Assembly (NCBI GenBank): GCA_026413945.1
Contig: JAOAJX010000001.1
Coordinates: 139,116 to 203,115, forward strand
Length of the DNA: 64,000 nt
Reading direction: 5' to 3'
Source: Candidatus Iainarchaeum sp.
Lineage (GTDB): Archaea > Iainarchaeota > Iainarchaeia > Iainarchaeales > DTGL01
Below, piece by piece: positions 61,131 through 64,000 of the stretch. Within the stretch, counting starts at the first letter, position 1, and the number at the start of each line of letters is the position of its first letter. A model generated the notes under the pieces. That model saw only the letters and a program-made list of their open reading frames with translations. It was not told where the DNA came from and searched no databases. Position numbers and translations under genes: made by a program.

Positions 61131-61769
61131 ATGCGCGAGGGGACTTTTTATAACATTAAGGCCTTTAAGCAGAAAGTCAAGGCAAAGAATGAAGCTCTTG
61201 AAGAAGCGCTTAAGACTTACTTTGAAAGTGGCGGCATTATAAGAGTAAAAGTAAGCAATAGCAAAGAATGGCCAGAGCTTGTTTATCCCTCAAAGAAACG
61301 CATTAATTATCTTATAAAAGAGCATGAGAAGAATTTAAAAGAGCTTGAAGAACAAAAAAATTTTTGGGAGAAAAAGCACAAGGATGCAGAAAGGTATTAT
61401 CTTATCCATTTTTTTAAGAAATATACGAAGAAAACCTATTGGAAGCATCTTATGAAACTTCTAAGTGATAAGCAGTATAGAGAAGATGCGAAAAAAGTGA
61501 ATATTCCAGCGCATTTAGTTGCCGACAAGCGCTGGGAGCCAATGATTAAGACATTTGTGGAAAATGAAGAGTATCGGAAGCAGCTTAAGATAACCTTCGA
61601 GGAATCGCCAATTTACAAGAAAAACAAAAAACTAGCAAAATACAGCGACCAATTGCTTAACTTCAGAAAACAGGAAACCGAGAGGAAAATAAAAGAGATA
61701 AATGAGAAGTTAAACTCCATAAAAAAGGAGCTTTCAGCTCTAAAAAAGATTGCGCAATGGGCGCATTAG
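61131..61769 (+). CDS. Hypothetical K/E-rich coiled-coil protein
   Basis: ORF-track entry 61113-61769; ATG at 61131 preferred. Confidence 0.7.
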   Translation: MREGTFYNIKAFKQKVKAKNEALEEALKTYFESGGIIRVKVSNSKEWPELVYPSKKRINYLIKEHEKNLKELEEQKNFWEKKHKDAERYYLIHFFKKYTKKTYWKHLMKLLSDKQYREDAKKVNIPAHLVADKRWEPMIKTFVENEEYRKQLKITFEESPIYKKNKKLAKYSDQLLNFRKQETERKIKEINEKLNSIKKELSALKKIAQWAH

Positions 61770-62036
61770 CACTTAATCTTGAATTTGCTAATTTTTATTT
61801 CTGCTTTGCCACATTATTATTGTTTTATAAACTTTTTAGTTAATATATTTAGTTAAGAAGTGAGGGGGGTTGAAGCAAAGAGGCAATGCCATTCCAATGG
61901 TTTGAAATTTTGATTTTTTTGGCATTTTTTAGTTAGAAAGTAAAAAAACAGGGTTTAAAAGCTTGTCTAATAAATATAATATATTAACTTGACTAAGTTA
62001 TCTTATGATTTGTGTATGCTTATTGGGGGTAATCTC

Positions 62037-64000
62037 ATGAGACAAAAAAGATTTTTTGGTAAAGTCTGTAAGCCATTTTTGAATACACTAATTTTTGCTT
62101 TAATTTTTTCTTTGTTTTTTTCAGGCGCTAGCGCATATATGGTAAACGCTACATACGAAACTATAATAAATGGCACGAGCTATTCTGGAACAATTGCCGA
62201 CACTTACACGAAAAACAATGTTTATAGGGTTATACAAGAGGCCAAAGTTTCCGGTAAAACAATACTCGACGCCAATTATCTTTTCAGTGGTCTCGACGCA
62301 AGCTTGGCCAATAATCTCACTGTTTGTGGGCATTCTTCTAAGGAAAGGTTTGTTGTCACGGCAGATGGTCTAAATGTTGGTGAACTGCAAGAGCTTATTG
62401 AGAAAAGCGCTTTTTATGATGATTTTGAGAATAACCTTAGCCAATGGCAGTCGCCAACAACATGGTATATTACATCTGCGGAAAGAAAATTTGGCCTTAG
62501 AAGTGTTTCTGCCGGAAGAGAAGCACTTAGCGAACTTATTTCTGATCCAATTGACTTAACAGAAGCGGAATCTGCAACCTTGGAATTCTGGATATTGCAT
62601 AGGCCGGAATCGATAAAGAAAGGCGACTTGAAGCTTTACTTTTGGAATGGTTCAAGCTGGGTTTTAATAGATGAGCTTGGGGACTATGGCCCAAACAATT
62701 CATGGAACAAATATGTAAAAGAAATCAAACTCAATACATACAAGCTAAGTAACTTTAAATTAAAATTCTCTGCGAACTTGAAAAGTACTGAAAACATTTT
62801 CATAGATGGTCTTATTGTAAAATACAACGCTGATGACTGCTTAACTTTAAATGTTACTTCCAAAGCAAGCGATGGCCAAGTCATTGTGTCTTTCCAAGAT
62901 AAAGACCGCGGGGAAAGCGGACCCTCAGCAGTTCAAGATAGGCTTTACATTGATTGGATGGTTATAACTGATGATGTTGATCCGCCCGTTACAACTGCCA
63001 GTGCAAAGAAAAGTGACAATAGCCCTTATACTTTTGGAACTTGGAGTAATTTGGATGTGGAGGTAACACTCACATGCAATGACGGCGTAAGCGGAAGCGG
63101 ATGCTACAAGACATATTACTGCATTGATAACAACAACTCGTGTATGCCAAATATAATTTATAATGAGCCATTGGCTATTAATCAAGATGGCATATACTAT
63201 GTAAGATTTTATTCAATTGACAATGTTTGGAACAAGGAAACAACAAAATCAGCGCAAGTGAAAATAAGCAAAGGCAAGCCAGTGATAGATGACTTTAACA
63301 TAAATAATAACGCAACTTACACAAACTCGCTAAACGTTTTGCTGTATTTGAGTGGCACAGATAACATTTATCAATGTAGCTTCAGCAATGATGGAAGTAG
63401 TTGGAGCACATGGGTTGGTTACCCACAACCGAGCGGCTATTCTTGGGTTTTACAAAGTGGCAGTGATGGCATCAGAACTGTTTACGCTAAGTGCAAAACC
63501 AGCACTGATAACGAAAGCAGTGTTGTGCAGGATTCAATTATATTAGACACAACAAAGCCAGCAACAACAGCCAATGCTGGAAGCTATGTCTTTGGAACTT
63601 GGACTAATAACAATGTTACTGTGACTTTGCAATGCATAGATACGACCTCTGGCTGTAAGGCAACATACTACTGCACAGATTCAACAAATACCTGCGATCC
63701 AACAACAACTTATGCTGATCCAATAACAATATCCTCAGAAGGAACCACATACCTAAGGTTCTACTCTGATGATAACGCGGGAAACAAGGAATCAACACAA
63801 GAAAAAATCATAAAGATTGACAAGACAGGTCCAACAACAACAGCAACCGCGAAGAAAAGTGATGGTAGCGATTACACATTCGGAGACTGGAGCGCTCTGG
63901 ATGTCAATGTAACTTTATCTTGTGATGATGGAACTGGATCAGGCTGCAAGGCAACATACTACTGCCTTAGCTCTGGCTGTACTCCAACAACAGTTTATAC
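62037..64000 (+). CDS. Large secreted adhesin/S-layer-like protein with repeated Ig-like modules (runs off right edge)
   Basis: Manual translation (not in ORF track): signal peptide ending ASA; FYDDFEN...SDPIDL...LEFW jelly-roll-like domain; repeats D..PxTTA...FGxW...VTLxC.D..SGC..TYYC. Confidence 0.85.
   Translation, partial: MRQKRFFGKVCKPFLNTLIFALIFSLFFSGASAYMVNATYETIINGTSYSGTIADTYTKNNVYRVIQEAKVSGKTILDANYLFSGLDASLANNLTVCGHSSKERFVVTADGLNVGELQELIEKSAFYDDFENNLSQWQSPTTWYITSAERKFGLRSVSAGREALSELISDPIDLTEAESATLEFWILHRPESIKKGDLKLYFWNGSSWVLIDELGDYGPNNSWNKYVKEIKLNTYKLSNFKLKFSANLKSTENIFIDGLIVKYNADDCLTLNVTSKASDGQVIVSFQDKDRGESGPSAVQDRLYIDWMVITDDVDPPVTTASAKKSDNSPYTFGTWSNLDVEVTLTCNDGVSGSGCYKTYYCIDNNNSCMPNIIYNEPLAINQDGIYYVRFYSIDNVWNKETTKSAQVKISKGKPVIDDFNINNNATYTNSLNVLLYLSGTDNIYQCSFSNDGSSWSTWVGYPQPSGYSWVLQSGSDGIRTVYAKCKTSTDNESSVVQDSIILDTTKPATTANAGSYVFGTWTNNNVTVTLQCIDTTSGCKATYYCTDSTNTCDPTTTYADPITISSEGTTYLRFYSDDNAGNKESTQEKIIKIDKTGPTTTATAKKSDGSDYTFGDWSALDVNVTLSCDDGTGSGCKATYYCLSSGCTPTTVY

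Noticed and set aside
62121-63798. Short ORF-track entries at the right end
   Set aside because: All lie within the long + strand ORF starting at 62037

Overview
AT-rich, densely coding archaeal chromosomal segment. Archaeal markers include aCPSF1/FttA, proteasome beta, NAC, Pus10, DtdA, GGR, IPK and GGTGA Shine-Dalgarno motifs. The mix of archaeal core genes with bacterial-type GAPDH, CoaD/CoaE, class II HMGR and GT3 glycogen synthase suggests a DPANN lineage such as Iainarchaeota/Micrarchaeota (inference, not tested). Contents in order: a partial XerA recombinase (left edge, absent from the ORF track); a glycogen/lower-glycolysis cluster; coaD-coaE; GGPP synthase and PPDK; a ~9 kb operon encoding the archaeal (Aeropyrum-type) mevalonate pathway, with IDI-2 just downstream; a decapeptide-repeat gene split by a -1 frameshift at A-AAA-AAT; a 640-bp repeat-rich intergenic locus with a dif-like site; housekeeping genes; and several large surface proteins, the last running off the right edge. 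No tRNA, rRNA, CRISPR array or IS element was recognised. Product calls come from motif recognition by eye, with no database searches.
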